A DNA stretch of 64,000 nucleotides. It comes from Nitrososphaerota archaeon (GTDB lineage: Archaea > Thermoproteota > Nitrososphaeria > Nitrososphaerales > Gagatemarchaeaceae). The notes under the pieces were generated by a model, which was given only the letters and a program-made list of their open reading frames with translations, was not told the origin of the DNA and searched no databases. A program made the translations under genes and the position numbers. This document shows positions 1 to 9,116 of the stretch, piece after piece. Location of the stretch: NCBI GenBank assembly GCA_029785375.1, contig JAFLZV010000001.1:12320-76319 (forward strand). Reading direction: 5' to 3'. Numbering within the stretch: position 1 is the first letter of the stretch; each line of letters opens with the position of its first letter.

Positions 1-2
1 AA

Positions 3-128
3 GAGGACTGGTTAGCCGACGGGACGCTCTCCGCAATAGTAGAAATACCCGCTGGCGGACAGCCCGGCCTGCTGGACCGCCTCGGCTCGACCACGAAGGG
101 AGCCGCACAGGTCACAGTGGTGAAATAG
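3..128 (+). CDS. 3' end of an upstream gene (partial); possibly an SBDS/Sdo1-family protein
   Basis: An open frame enters the window (...EDWLADGTLSAIVEIPAGGQPGLLDRLGSTTKGAAQVTVVK-stop) and ends 2 nt before rrp4. Identity is guessed only from its position in the archaeal exosome superoperon. Confidence 0.3.
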   Translation, partial: EDWLADGTLSAIVEIPAGGQPGLLDRLGSTTKGAAQVTVVK

Positions 129-130
129 AG

Positions 131-817
131 ATGCCAATGATACAGAGAAAACAGGTAATCCCGGGAGACGTCGTAGCAAAGGGGAACTACCGCTACGGGA
201 GTTACATCGAGAAGCGCGGAGACGAGTATGTGGCCCTCAGGGTGGGGGTCGCCGAGGTGGGGAGTGACGGGATAAAGCTCAACCCATTCACCGGGCCGTA
301 CCTCCCTCGCGCCGATGACGAGGTGATCGGCAAGGTGATAGACATCAACGGCTTCGGCTGGGTAATAGACATCAACTCGTGCTTCGATGGCTTCCTACCA
401 GCCTCGTTCGTCTTCGGGAGGGACTTCTCCCCCGCGACCCACGACCTTTCAAGCAAGTTCGGGGTGGGGGACATCCTGGGGACAAGGATAGAGGCCTTCG
501 AGAGGTCCAGGGACCCGCAGCTGAGCATCAGGGGCGAAGGCTACGGGAAGATCTCGTCGGGGGAAATCGTTAAGATATCACCAACGAAGGTCCCCCGAGT
601 AATCGGGAAAAGAGGTTCGATGATCAACCTAATCAGCGAAAAGACAGGATGCGACATCAGGGTAGGCCAGAACGGCGTGATAGTCGTGGACGGGAGCCCT
701 GAGGGAATTACGAAGGCTGTCAAGGCCATCAGGCTCGTGGAAGAGGAGACTCACGCGCCGGACTTGATGTCCAAGGTAGAGGCGGCTCTAGGAGGGAGCG
801 TCGTTGGCGGGAACTAA
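131..817 (+). CDS. rrp4: Exosome complex RNA-binding subunit Rrp4 (S1 + KH domains)
   Basis: 228-aa ORF. S1-like segment GKVIDINGFGWVIDI and KH signature VIGKRGSMINLI. First gene of the rrp4-rrp41-rrp42 order. Confidence 0.9.
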   Translation: MPMIQRKQVIPGDVVAKGNYRYGSYIEKRGDEYVALRVGVAEVGSDGIKLNPFTGPYLPRADDEVIGKVIDINGFGWVIDINSCFDGFLPASFVFGRDFSPATHDLSSKFGVGDILGTRIEAFERSRDPQLSIRGEGYGKISSGEIVKISPTKVPRVIGKRGSMINLISEKTGCDIRVGQNGVIVVDGSPEGITKAVKAIRLVEEETHAPDLMSKVEAALGGSVVGGN

Positions 818-1559
818 GAAGGAACTCATAGACAAGAACGGCGTCAGGCTCGACGGCAGGAAGTGGAACGAGCTCCGGCCGATAAAGCTGCAGGTGGGCA
901 TCATGAAGAACGCCGACGGGTCGGCCTACATCGAGTGGGGCAAGAACAAGATCATGGCCGCGGTGTACGGGCCGAAGGAGGTGCACCCCAAGCACCAGGT
1001 CCTGCCTGACAGGGCCTTGCTCAGGTGCAGGTACCACATGGCGCCCTTCTCGGTCGACGAGAGGAAGAACCCCGCGCCGTCTAGGAGAGAGATAGAGATC
1101 TCGAAGGTGATCAGAGAGGCGCTTGTGCCCGCGGTGATCGTGGAAGACTATCCGAGGACGGCCATAGAGGTCTGGGTCGAAGTGCTGCAGTCCGACGGAG
1201 GGTCGAGGGTCGCCGGAATCACGGCGGCTTCGCTGGCCCTGGCGGACGCCGGGATCAACATGAGAGACCTCGTGGTCGGCTGCTCCTGTGGCCTCATCGG
1301 GGAGCAGGTGGTATCTGACCTGGACGACACCGAGGACAAGGAGGGGAACGGGGACATGCCCGTGGCGATCATGCCGAACCTCGGACTGGTGTCGCTCCTC
1401 CAGGTGGACGGAGTATACACCCGGGAGAACTTCCAGAAGGCCTTTGAGCTTGCCATCGAGAAGGGGAAGCAGATCTACCAGATGCAGCGGGAGGCCCTGA
1501 CGACGAGGTTCTTCGGGGGCGAAGCCAAGACGACTGAGGTTGAGGAGGTGGCCGAGTAG
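804..1559 (+). CDS. rrp41: Exosome complex exonuclease Rrp41 (RNase PH fold)
   Basis: 251 aa. RLDGRKWNELRPIKLQVG...ADGSAYIEWGKNKIMAAVYGPKE is typical RNase PH. TTG start overlaps the rrp4 end by 14 nt. Confidence 0.9.
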   Translation: MAGTKKELIDKNGVRLDGRKWNELRPIKLQVGIMKNADGSAYIEWGKNKIMAAVYGPKEVHPKHQVLPDRALLRCRYHMAPFSVDERKNPAPSRREIEISKVIREALVPAVIVEDYPRTAIEVWVEVLQSDGGSRVAGITAASLALADAGINMRDLVVGCSCGLIGEQVVSDLDDTEDKEGNGDMPVAIMPNLGLVSLLQVDGVYTRENFQKAFELAIEKGKQIYQMQREALTTRFFGGEAKTTEVEEVAE

Positions 1560-2375
1560 ATGTCGATGATGAAGAAGAACTACGTGGTAGAGGCCATCAG
1601 GAAGGCACAGCTGCTACAGCTGCTAGCAAGCGGCAAGCGCCTCGACGAGAGAGCCCTCGACCAGCCCAGGAACCTGAAGATTGAGACCGGAGTCATCCCG
1701 AAGGCCAACGGCTCAGCCAGGGTGACCCTAGGGAACACCCAGGTGCTGGCAGGGGTGAAGATAGCCACCGGGATACCATTCCCTGACACGCCAGACAAAG
1801 GGATACTGATGGTGAACGCCGAGATACTCCCGATGTCGTCCCCCTACGCCGAAGCGGGGCCGCCAAGCGAGGATGCGATAGAGCTGGCAAGGGTGACGGA
1901 CAGGGGCATACGGGAGTCTGAGATGGTCGACCTGACCAAGCTCGGTCTCATCCCCGGGAAATCGGTCATCGCGGTGTTCGTGGACTGCAACATCATGAAC
2001 GTCGACGGTAACCTGTTCGACGCCACCAGCTACGCCGTGGTGTCCGCGCTCAGGACCGCCAAGATGAAGAAGTACGTGATAAAGGACGACAAGGTTGAAG
2101 CCACCGACGAGCTGATCCCGGTCCCGGTCGAGAAAACACCGGTGTCAGTCACCATAGCCAGGTTGGGCGACAGGCTGGTGGTCGACCCCAGCGCGGAAGA
2201 GGAAGCGTCCATGGACATGAGGATTACCATAACCACGGACGACGATGGGAACATCTGTGCGAGCCAGAAGGGCGAAGCGAGCACCATCAGCCCGGAGCAG
2301 GTGCTGCGGGCGGCGGACACATCCATAAGCGTCGGCAAGGCGATCAGGGCCAAGATACTCGAGGCGACCAGGTAG
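1560..2375 (+). CDS. rrp42: Exosome complex subunit Rrp42 (RNase PH-like, inactive)
   Basis: 271 aa. RLDERALDQPRNLKIETGVIPKANGSARVTLGNTQVLAGVK. ATG lies directly after the rrp41 stop. Confidence 0.9.
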   Translation: MSMMKKNYVVEAIRKAQLLQLLASGKRLDERALDQPRNLKIETGVIPKANGSARVTLGNTQVLAGVKIATGIPFPDTPDKGILMVNAEILPMSSPYAEAGPPSEDAIELARVTDRGIRESEMVDLTKLGLIPGKSVIAVFVDCNIMNVDGNLFDATSYAVVSALRTAKMKKYVIKDDKVEATDELIPVPVEKTPVSVTIARLGDRLVVDPSAEEEASMDMRITITTDDDGNICASQKGEASTISPEQVLRAADTSISVGKAIRAKILEATR

Positions 2376-2599
2376 TGCCGAAGGCGAAGGAGAGCTTCAG
2401 AGGCCTCGGCGCGAAGTACGGCGGCACCCTCAGGAAGAGGTACGCCAGGGTCTTCAGGACGCTGAAGCAGGCCAGGTCGTGTCCGGCTTGCGCGAGCAAG
2501 AGGCTCGCCCGGACCTCCTCGGGGATCTGGAAGTGCAAGTCCTGCGGCTACACCGTGGCCGGAGGGGCATTTGACCTCACCCAGGCGAAGGCAAGATAG
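2375..2599 (+). CDS. rpl37ae: 50S ribosomal protein L37Ae (eL43), zinc ribbon
   Basis: 74 aa. GAKYGGTLRKRYARV plus CPAC...CKSC zinc ribbon. GTG start overlaps the rrp42 stop. Confidence 0.9.
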   Translation: MPKAKESFRGLGAKYGGTLRKRYARVFRTLKQARSCPACASKRLARTSSGIWKCKSCGYTVAGGAFDLTQAKAR

Positions 2600-2810
2600 G
2601 CCCATAGAGTCAGTCGAACTGAAGATCACGTTCCACGCTGACAGGCAGACCGCCGCGAAGATAGCCGAGAAGTTCCCCTCGGCCATAGTAAGAGGAGGCA
2701 AGTGCGTCGTGAGCATCGAAGGGAGCAGCCCGGGCGAGGTCGCCGAGAGGGCCAAGGCCCTGCTAGAGCAGGTGAGATCCGTCGAGTCCAGCTCGAAAGG
2801 ATTTAAGTAG
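2571..2810 (+). CDS. Small protein, probable KEOPS Pcc1-like subunit
   Basis: 79-aa ORF, VELKITFHADRQTAAKIAEKFPSAI.... Call rests on size, pattern and the conserved position between L37Ae and prefoldin beta. Start codon uncertain. Confidence 0.45.
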   Translation: MTSPRRRQDRPIESVELKITFHADRQTAAKIAEKFPSAIVRGGKCVVSIEGSSPGEVAERAKALLEQVRSVESSSKGFK

Positions 2811-2834
2811 AGACCGGAGCCGCTGTTCCAAAAG

Positions 2835-3218
2835 TTGAGCCAGCCAGAACTTCCTCCTCTCCTCAGAGAGCAGCTCGCGAGGTACGACCAGGCGCAGCAG
2901 AACCTTCAGGCTGTGCTTGCCCAGAAGCAACAGGTGGAGCTCGAGCTCAACGAGACGGAAAAGGCGCTGGAGGAGCTCGGGAAGGCCACCGACTCTGAAG
3001 CCGTGTACAAGTTCGCCGGGAACCTGCTGATCAAGACAAAGAAGGAAGAGGTGACTAAGGAGCTCGGAGAGAAGAAGGAGCTAGCCAACACCAGAAAGAT
3101 GGTCCTCGCGAAGCAAGAGTCGAGGTTCAGGGAGAGCCTCAAGGACCTCCAGACTAAGATAGACGAGGCAGTGAAGGCGAGGCCACCGCAGACTCAGCAG
3201 CCGCCCGGGGACGCGTAG
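2835..3218 (+). CDS. pfdB: Prefoldin beta subunit
   Basis: 127 aa, coiled-coil-hairpin-coiled-coil pattern (QQNLQAVLAQKQQVELELNETEKALEEL...AVYKFAGNLLIKTKKEEV). Confidence 0.85.
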   Translation: MSQPELPPLLREQLARYDQAQQNLQAVLAQKQQVELELNETEKALEELGKATDSEAVYKFAGNLLIKTKKEEVTKELGEKKELANTRKMVLAKQESRFRESLKDLQTKIDEAVKARPPQTQQPPGDA

Positions 3219-3231
3219 ACCGTGGCGACCC

Positions 3232-4236
3232 TTGACCCCTGAAACGAAGCCGGAAGACTTTCCTTTCCTGGAGCCATCAGCCCTCAAGAGGGCCGTGGTG
3301 GTATGTCACAGGAACGCTGACGCTGACGCCTACCTCTCGGCCTACGCCGTCTCTAAGCTCATCGGGTCAGTCGCTCCCAGGTGCCACGTCTCCATAGCCA
3401 CCCCGGGAGGGATGACGATGCTCACCCAGAAGCTGAGCGCGCGGTTCCCGCATGACATCGCCGACGGGAGCGGGGGGGACTATGACCTGTATGTCGCGGT
3501 GGACGTGGGTGACGAGGAGCTCCTCAGTGAGTGGAAGGAGAAGTTCAGGGAGAGCCCCGGAATGAAGGTCCTGGTGGACCACCATCCGCGCAGAGAAGGG
3601 GGACTGTATGACCGTTCTGTGGTAGACGAGGGCGCGACCTCGGCTGCCGAGGTGGTCTACGGGCTTTTCGAGAGCCGGGGGGTGACCCCGGACCCACAGA
3701 CGGCTCAGGCGCTCCTCGAGGCGATCCTCTTCGACTCCTCACATCTTGCAATCGCGGGCCGCTCCGGGCTCGGGGCGGCGGTCAAGCTGATGGACGCAGG
3801 GGCGGACATCTCCCAGGCGCGGCGGGAGCTTCGCAGCGAGCCTGACTACGGAGAGGTCATCGCTAAGCTGAAGGGAGCTCAGAGGATATCGATATTCAAG
3901 GCAGGGACGTGGGTGGTGGCGACCAGCCACATCGGCTCGTTCCAGGCCCACGTCGCCAGGTCCATGGTCTACCTCGGGGCAGACTTGGCGCTGGTCAGCG
4001 GTGAGTCGGACGGCGAGACCAGGGTCAGCCTCAGGGCGACCCCGAGGTTCCAAGAGTCTGCGAAAGTAAAGCTGGGATCCGAGGTCGCCGAGGAGATGGC
4101 GAGGAGGCTCGGAGGGCATGGCGGGGGGCACGCCACCGCCGCTTCCTTCTCCGCCCCCGTGGGTGAGGAGGAGACGGTTGCGGCGACCATGAAGCTGTTC
4201 GGGGAGCTCATCGGCGAGCTGAAGAAGCTGGACTAG
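3232..4236 (+). CDS. DHH/DHHA1-family phosphoesterase (NrnA-like)
   Basis: 334 aa. Motifs HRNADADA, VDVGD, VDHHP and C-terminal GGHGGGHATAASF. Confidence 0.8.
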   Translation: MTPETKPEDFPFLEPSALKRAVVVCHRNADADAYLSAYAVSKLIGSVAPRCHVSIATPGGMTMLTQKLSARFPHDIADGSGGDYDLYVAVDVGDEELLSEWKEKFRESPGMKVLVDHHPRREGGLYDRSVVDEGATSAAEVVYGLFESRGVTPDPQTAQALLEAILFDSSHLAIAGRSGLGAAVKLMDAGADISQARRELRSEPDYGEVIAKLKGAQRISIFKAGTWVVATSHIGSFQAHVARSMVYLGADLALVSGESDGETRVSLRATPRFQESAKVKLGSEVAEEMARRLGGHGGGHATAASFSAPVGEEETVAATMKLFGELIGELKKLD

Positions 4237-4766
4237 GCGTACCTGGAGGAGGCCCTGCTCTTCAGGAAGCCCTCGAAGGAGAGCTTGAACCACGGCGTGT
4301 ATGAGTCAGGGTGCGCCGTGAGGTCTGCGACCACGTCGGTAACGCTGGCCCACCTTACAGACGACATCTCGTCCCCGTTGGGGACGATCGCGCCGTCGAA
4401 GTCCCCCACCAGTACCCTGCAGAACTCGTTCTCTGCGTTCGCCCCCTGGGGGGCGAAGTAGACGAAGGAGTGGACGTCCTCCAGCTCCCCCACCGTGGCG
4501 CTCAGCTCTTCCTTCGCCCTGCGCGAGGCTGCCTGCTGGTAGGTCTCCCCTGGATAGACGTGGCTCGTGAAGGAGACGTCCCAGGCGCCGGGCCAGAGCA
4601 GCTTCTTCTGGCTTCGTTGCTGGAGCAGCAGCTTGCCGCCGTGGAAGATGAGGGCGGTGTATGCCCTGTGGCGCTTCCCCTTCCCCGCGTGGCAGCTCTC
4701 GCGCGTGTCCGTCCCTATCTCCCTGTCGTGTTCGTCAACGAGTATGAGTATCTCCTCCTTGGCCAA
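4233..4766 (-). CDS. idi: Isopentenyl-diphosphate delta-isomerase, type 1 (Nudix fold)
   Basis: HRAYTALIFHGGKLLLQQRSQKKLLWPGAWDVSFTSHVYPGETYQQAASRRAKEEL. I place the start at TTG 4766 (LAKEEILILVDEH) rather than ORF start 4874, because 4775-4836 looks like an AT-rich divergent promoter and ribK starts at 4837. Confidence 0.75.
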   Translation of the reverse strand: MAKEEILILVDEHDREIGTDTRESCHAGKGKRHRAYTALIFHGGKLLLQQRSQKKLLWPGAWDVSFTSHVYPGETYQQAASRRAKEELSATVGELEDVHSFVYFAPQGANAENEFCRVLVGDFDGAIVPNGDEMSSVRWASVTDVVADLTAHPDSYTPWFKLSFEGFLKSRASSRYA

Positions 4767-4806
4767 CCCCCCCGTGGGCGGGCGGTTTCTAGATAAGCCA
4801 ATCGGG

Positions 4807-4817
4807 CTTTTTATTTC
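4807..4817. promoter_or_regulatory. AT-rich box (CTTTTTATTTC), candidate shared TATA element for divergent idi and ribK
   Basis: The only AT-rich stretch in the idi/ribK spacer. It is centred about 25 nt upstream of the ribK ATG (4837). Confidence 0.3.
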
Positions 4818-4836
4818 GGCAGCCTCGGGGGCATCC

Positions 4837-5259
4837 ATGCGCCTCTCGGTGACGGGGACGTTGTTCAGCGGCATGGGGAAGGGGAAGTACTATGTGGGCC
4901 ACCCCGAGTACCAGAGGCGGTTCAGGGAGCGGCTGGGTTACATGCCATACCCCGGCACCCTCAACGTGAAGCTAGACGACAGGGAAGTGATACGCAGGCT
5001 CGGGGAGATCAGGTCGGCGGACGGGTCGAAGATAGAGAGTTTCGCCCTGGGCGGCGAGACGTTCAGCTCCCTCACTTGCTTCGAAGGGGAGCTGAAGGGG
5101 GAGAAGGTCACCCTCCTCTTCATCGACGTGACATACTACAACGAGACTGTCGCCGAGCTGATCTCCCCGACCTACCTCAGGGGGAAGCTCGGCCTGAAGG
5201 ACGGCGACCCCGTGACCTTCAGCGTCGACGTGCCCACCCCTCACCAAGGTAGGTCATGA
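4837..5259 (+). CDS. ribK: CTP-dependent riboflavin kinase (archaeal RibK, stand-alone)
   Basis: Internal ATG of ORF 4567..5259. GTLFSGMGKGKYYVGHPEYQRRFRERLGYMPYPGTLNVKLD matches the archaeal RibK signature (G.G.G.YY...Y...F...LG..P.PGTLN). Confidence 0.8.
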   Translation: MRLSVTGTLFSGMGKGKYYVGHPEYQRRFRERLGYMPYPGTLNVKLDDREVIRRLGEIRSADGSKIESFALGGETFSSLTCFEGELKGEKVTLLFIDVTYYNETVAELISPTYLRGKLGLKDGDPVTFSVDVPTPHQGRS

Positions 5260-5932
5260 CCGCGCACTCGTCCCCGTCCTCTAGGCCCAGTGACTTCCTG
5301 AGATCGACCGGAGAGATCACCTCGAGGACCGAGCTGTCGTGGTGAGTCCTCTCTATGGCTAGGACCGCCCCGGGGTGTTTCCCGGCTATCTTCGCGCGGA
5401 AACATTTCACGCCGCCGTAGGACCTCCTGCCGTCGCTGAAGCCTGGGATTTCAATCCCCTTCAGCAGCTCGAGGCGCCGCCGCTGCCCAATCATCGCCTC
5501 GGTGGTGAGGCGCAGGTTGAGGGTCCCCGGGAAGGGCTCGAAGTGGAGCGCCCTGGCGAAACCCTCGGCGTAGCCCTTCAGCGAGACATAGTAGGCGCCC
5601 TCTTTCAGCCCGGCGGACACCGTCCCTCGGAACTGCATGGTGTCCTTGCCCCTCTCCAGGTTTGCGCCCACATCAGCCAGGAAGGTCTCCACGGCGTCGA
5701 GGCCCGCCTCCGTCAGCCTGACGGCGAGCCCCCGTCCAGAGTGGGCTCTCTCGGCCAGGCCCACCCTCTGGAGGTCTGAGAGCCTCAGTGAGGCCGCCTG
5801 CTGGCTGAGTCCCAGGGATTCGCCCAGCATCCCCGTGGTGACGTTGACGAAGGAGTTGACTGCCCCCAGCCTCACCAGGTGGAGGAGAGTGGTGAGCTGC
5901 TCCGCACTCGCGCTGGCGCTCTTTTCTGACAT
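5219..5932 (-). CDS. rbkR: Winged-HTH + riboflavin kinase fusion (RbkR-type regulator/kinase)
   Basis: 237 aa. N-terminal wHTH (GMLGESLGLSQQAASLRLSDLQRVGLAER) plus a RibK domain (GTVSAGLKEGAYYVSLKGYAEGFARALHFEPFPGTLNLRL). Confidence 0.8.
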   Translation of the reverse strand: MSEKSASASAEQLTTLLHLVRLGAVNSFVNVTTGMLGESLGLSQQAASLRLSDLQRVGLAERAHSGRGLAVRLTEAGLDAVETFLADVGANLERGKDTMQFRGTVSAGLKEGAYYVSLKGYAEGFARALHFEPFPGTLNLRLTTEAMIGQRRRLELLKGIEIPGFSDGRRSYGGVKCFRAKIAGKHPGAVLAIERTHHDSSVLEVISPVDLRKSLGLEDGDECAVMTYLGEGWARRR

Positions 5933-5990
5933 CTACAAGGATGCTGGTAGCTACTAAACTGTTATAAGAATATCCGGCTCGGCGCGGAAC

Positions 5991-6689
5991 ATGGGCACAG
6001 TCTCAAGGGGCCGCCTGGACACGGCCTCCATCGCAGGTAGCGCCATATTCAGCGCCCTGGCGATCATCCTCGCGGCCGGCTCCCAGGCCATGGGCCTGAA
6101 CTTCCCTCTGGTCCCGTACCTGCAGTTCGACCTTGGCGAGGTCGCAATCATACTAGCGTTCTTCATCTTCGGGCCCGCCCCTGCGCTGGTAGCCTCCTTC
6201 GTGGAGTTCGGCGGGCTGATGGCCTTCGGCCAGCAGATACCCATAGGCCCTCTTCTGAAGCTGGCGGCGCTGGTGTCCACGGTCGTCGGTCTCTGGGCCG
6301 GCACGAAAATCGCGGCACGCGGCGGGAGGACCAGCTTCCTCAGGCTCGCAGGGTGGACCACTGTCCTGGGCAGCGCGTTCCGGGCCGCGGTGATGACGGT
6401 AGCCAACTTCTACCTCGTCGTCTACATCTATGGCCTCGCAGCCACCGAGGGTTTCGTCAGCGCACCCTTCGCCGCGGTGGGGATCGGGCTGACCTCCTCC
6501 AACGCCCTGCTGGTGATCCTCGCTTTCACGGCCGTGTTCAACGTCACTCAGCTGGCCATGGTCATGGGCATCGCATCCCTGGTCTTGAGGGTCCCGTCGG
6601 TCCCCAGGCTGAGGGTGGCAGGGAGGACCCCGTGGTTCTCCGACGTGATGCAGCCGCCCGCCGCGACAGCCCCTAGGGAAAGACTCTAA
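5991..6689 (+). CDS. ECF transporter substrate-specific (S) component; substrate unknown, riboflavin plausible from context
   Basis: 232 aa polytopic membrane protein, directly upstream of ecfA-ecfA'-ecfT and divergent from rbkR. Confidence 0.65.
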   Translation: MGTVSRGRLDTASIAGSAIFSALAIILAAGSQAMGLNFPLVPYLQFDLGEVAIILAFFIFGPAPALVASFVEFGGLMAFGQQIPIGPLLKLAALVSTVVGLWAGTKIAARGGRTSFLRLAGWTTVLGSAFRAAVMTVANFYLVVYIYGLAATEGFVSAPFAAVGIGLTSSNALLVILAFTAVFNVTQLAMVMGIASLVLRVPSVPRLRVAGRTPWFSDVMQPPAATAPRERL

Positions 6690-6712
6690 CCCCGCCAGAT
6701 GGCGGCAGCCAC

Positions 6713-7564
6713 ATGGGCGACATACTCGGGATAGAGAGGCTGAACTTCAGGTATCCGGAGTCGCCCAAAAACGCGGTCTCCGACTTCGAACTGTCGATAC
6801 CTGAAGGCGAGATAGCGGTGCTGGCCGGGCCGTCGGGGTGCGGCAAGTCCACCCTCCTCAGGACAGTGAACGGGCTGATTCCCCACATGTACGGCGGTGA
6901 GTACTCGGGGGACGTGATCGTGGCAGGATCGAGCGTCAAGGGTTCGAGCATGCGCGACCTCGCCCAGACGGTCGGGTTCCTCTTCCAGAACCCGGAGAAC
7001 CAGATATTCATGTTCACCGTTGAAAGGGACATCGCTTTCGGGCTGGAGAACCTCGGGGTCCCCCGGGAAGAGATGAGGGCCAGGGTGGACGAGGCCCTCC
7101 GTCTCCTTAGGATCGGCGACCTGGCCCAGCGGGCCCCCCACGAGCTCTCCGACGGGCAGAAGCAGAGGGTGGCCCTTGCCGGGGTCCTCGCGATGCGGCC
7201 AAAGCTGGTGATACTCGACGAGCCGACATCACTGCTCGACCCCAAGACGGCTTCTGAGCTGGTCGCCCTGGTGGCCAGGCTCAGGGAAGAGCTGGGGACC
7301 ACCTTCGTCGTAGTGGAGCACCGCCTGGACCTCCTTGTGGGGGTCGCAGACAGGCTGGTCGTGATGGACGGAGGGAGGAAGGTTCTCGAAGGGGCCCCCA
7401 GGGACGTGCTCTTCGGCGATGATGCCGAGGCACACGGCGTGGCCATCCCTGCTGTCACCAGGGTGCAGAAGGCGCTCACAGAGAGCAAAGGCGGGAGGGC
7501 TGTCGCAGGACGGCTGCTGACCCCGTCCGAGTTGGCCTCCGCCGTGGAGGGGAGGCAGGGATGA
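6713..7564 (+). CDS. ecfA1: ECF transporter ATPase component A
   Basis: Walker A GPSGCGKST, ABC signature LSDGQKQRVALA, Walker B LVILDEPT. Confidence 0.85.
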   Translation: MGDILGIERLNFRYPESPKNAVSDFELSIPEGEIAVLAGPSGCGKSTLLRTVNGLIPHMYGGEYSGDVIVAGSSVKGSSMRDLAQTVGFLFQNPENQIFMFTVERDIAFGLENLGVPREEMRARVDEALRLLRIGDLAQRAPHELSDGQKQRVALAGVLAMRPKLVILDEPTSLLDPKTASELVALVARLREELGTTFVVVEHRLDLLVGVADRLVVMDGGRKVLEGAPRDVLFGDDAEAHGVAIPAVTRVQKALTESKGGRAVAGRLLTPSELASAVEGRQG

Positions 7565-8373
7565 TAGAGTTCAGGGATGTCACGTTCGTCCACCAGAACG
7601 GCGTCAAGGCCCTGGATGGGGTCAGCCTCAGGGTGGAGGCAGGCGAGTTCGTCGCCCTGGTCGGTGAGAACGGGGCGGGGAAGACGACCCTCGTCAAGCA
7701 TGTGACTGGCCTGCTGAAGCCGGCGTCAGGCAGCGTCCTCGTCGACGGCGTCGACACGAGGGAGGCGAGCACGGCCCAGCTGTCGCGGAAGGTCGGAGTC
7801 GCATTCCAGAACCCCGACCACCAGCTCTTCTCAGAGACCGTGGAGGAGGAGATGTCGTTCGCCCTCCGGAACTTCGGGTTCTCCCCGGAGCTGGTGCGGA
7901 ACCGCGTCGCCTGGGGGCTGGAACTCTTCGGTCTGGAAGAGTACAGGAGGTCGTCTCCGCTGGTCCTCAGCGGCGGGGAGAAGAAGAGGCTGACCTTGGC
8001 GTGCATCCTGGCCTGGGACCCGCAGGTGGTGATACTCGACGAGCCCACGGTGGGGCAGGACGCCATCCAGAAGGAGAGGCTGGCGGGGACGATACAGATG
8101 CTGAAGTCTGCCGGGAAGACCGTGCTGGTGGTGTCCCACGACATCGAGTTCCTCTGGCCGATACAACCGAGGGTGGTGGTGATGAAGGGCGGGAGGGTCG
8201 TGGGAGACGGCCCCTCGGCAGACCTCATGCAGGATAGGGATCTGCTGGGATCGGCGAGGATCGCCCAGCCGCAGCTAGTGGAGTTCTACCAAGCGCTTCA
8301 CCGCAGGCCTGTGGCACCCTTCGTCCACGCCCTGGACGCCGCGCGCTGGGCCGGGGAGACCCTGCAGCCATGA
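7561..8373 (+). CDS. ecfA2: ECF transporter ATPase component A'
   Basis: GENGAGKTT, LSGGEKKRLTLA, VVILDEPT. 4-nt overlap with ecfA1. Confidence 0.85.
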   Translation: MIEFRDVTFVHQNGVKALDGVSLRVEAGEFVALVGENGAGKTTLVKHVTGLLKPASGSVLVDGVDTREASTAQLSRKVGVAFQNPDHQLFSETVEEEMSFALRNFGFSPELVRNRVAWGLELFGLEEYRRSSPLVLSGGEKKRLTLACILAWDPQVVILDEPTVGQDAIQKERLAGTIQMLKSAGKTVLVVSHDIEFLWPIQPRVVVMKGGRVVGDGPSADLMQDRDLLGSARIAQPQLVEFYQALHRRPVAPFVHALDAARWAGETLQP

Positions 8374-9116
8374 TGTGGCTCAGCGGAGGCTTCATCTTCA
8401 GGAAAGGCTACTCGTTCTATCACAGGCTGGACCCCAGGGCCAAGCTCCTGAACTCGGTGCTGATGTTCGTGACGACGCTCCTCGCGAGGTCCGTCTTCGA
8501 GATGGTACTGGTAGTCGCGTTCATGGTTGGGCTTTCGGCAGCCGCCACGGTCCTGAAGAGGGTGGCCAGGACCATGGCGTTCACGGCGCTGTTCTCGGGG
8601 TTCATCTTCGTGGTGAACGTGCTGTTCACCAGGGACCTGGAGACGTCGGTCCTCTACGCCACGAGGTTCATAGCAATAGTGGTGTCGACCAGCATCTTCT
8701 TCATCACCACGTCGCCTGACGAGCTCGAGCAGGTCATGAAGATGTTCAGGCTCCCCAGGGACGTCGTTTTTGCCTTCGTCACCGCAGTCAGGTTCATACC
8801 GGTCATGATGCTCGACACCATACAAATCATGGACGCCCAGAAGTCCAGAGGGCTGGAGCTGGAAAAGGGGAACCTCGTCCGCAGGGTCAGGAACATGATA
8901 CCCATATTGATCCCTCTGGTGGTCAACTCGGTGGTGAGGAGCGGAGAGCTGGCCGAAGCCATGGAGGCAAGGGCGTACGGCGCGGCCCCCAGGCCCACGT
9001 CCCTCCTGGCATACAGGGCGAGGCGGGTGGACATCGGGGTAGCGTGCGCGTCCGTCGCGTTGTTCGCGCTCGCCGCCTATTCCTTTTATTTCGTCATTCC
9101 AGTGCAGTTCCCGTGA
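8370..9116 (+). CDS. ecfT: ECF transporter transmembrane (T) component (CbiQ family)
   Basis: 248 aa membrane protein, FRLPRDVVFAFVTAVRFIPVMM...AQKSRG. ATGA overlap with ecfA2. Confidence 0.85.
   Translation: MMWLSGGFIFRKGYSFYHRLDPRAKLLNSVLMFVTTLLARSVFEMVLVVAFMVGLSAAATVLKRVARTMAFTALFSGFIFVVNVLFTRDLETSVLYATRFIAIVVSTSIFFITTSPDELEQVMKMFRLPRDVVFAFVTAVRFIPVMMLDTIQIMDAQKSRGLELEKGNLVRRVRNMIPILIPLVVNSVVRSGELAEAMEARAYGAAPRPTSLLAYRARRVDIGVACASVALFALAAYSFYFVIPVQFP

Noticed and set aside
4767-4874. Longer idi start (ATG 4874 or 4838) overlapping ribK
   Set aside because: It would place both divergent start codons inside each other's coding sequence and would translate the only AT-rich promoter-like stretch. 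The TTG at 4766 gives a family-typical 177-aa IDI.
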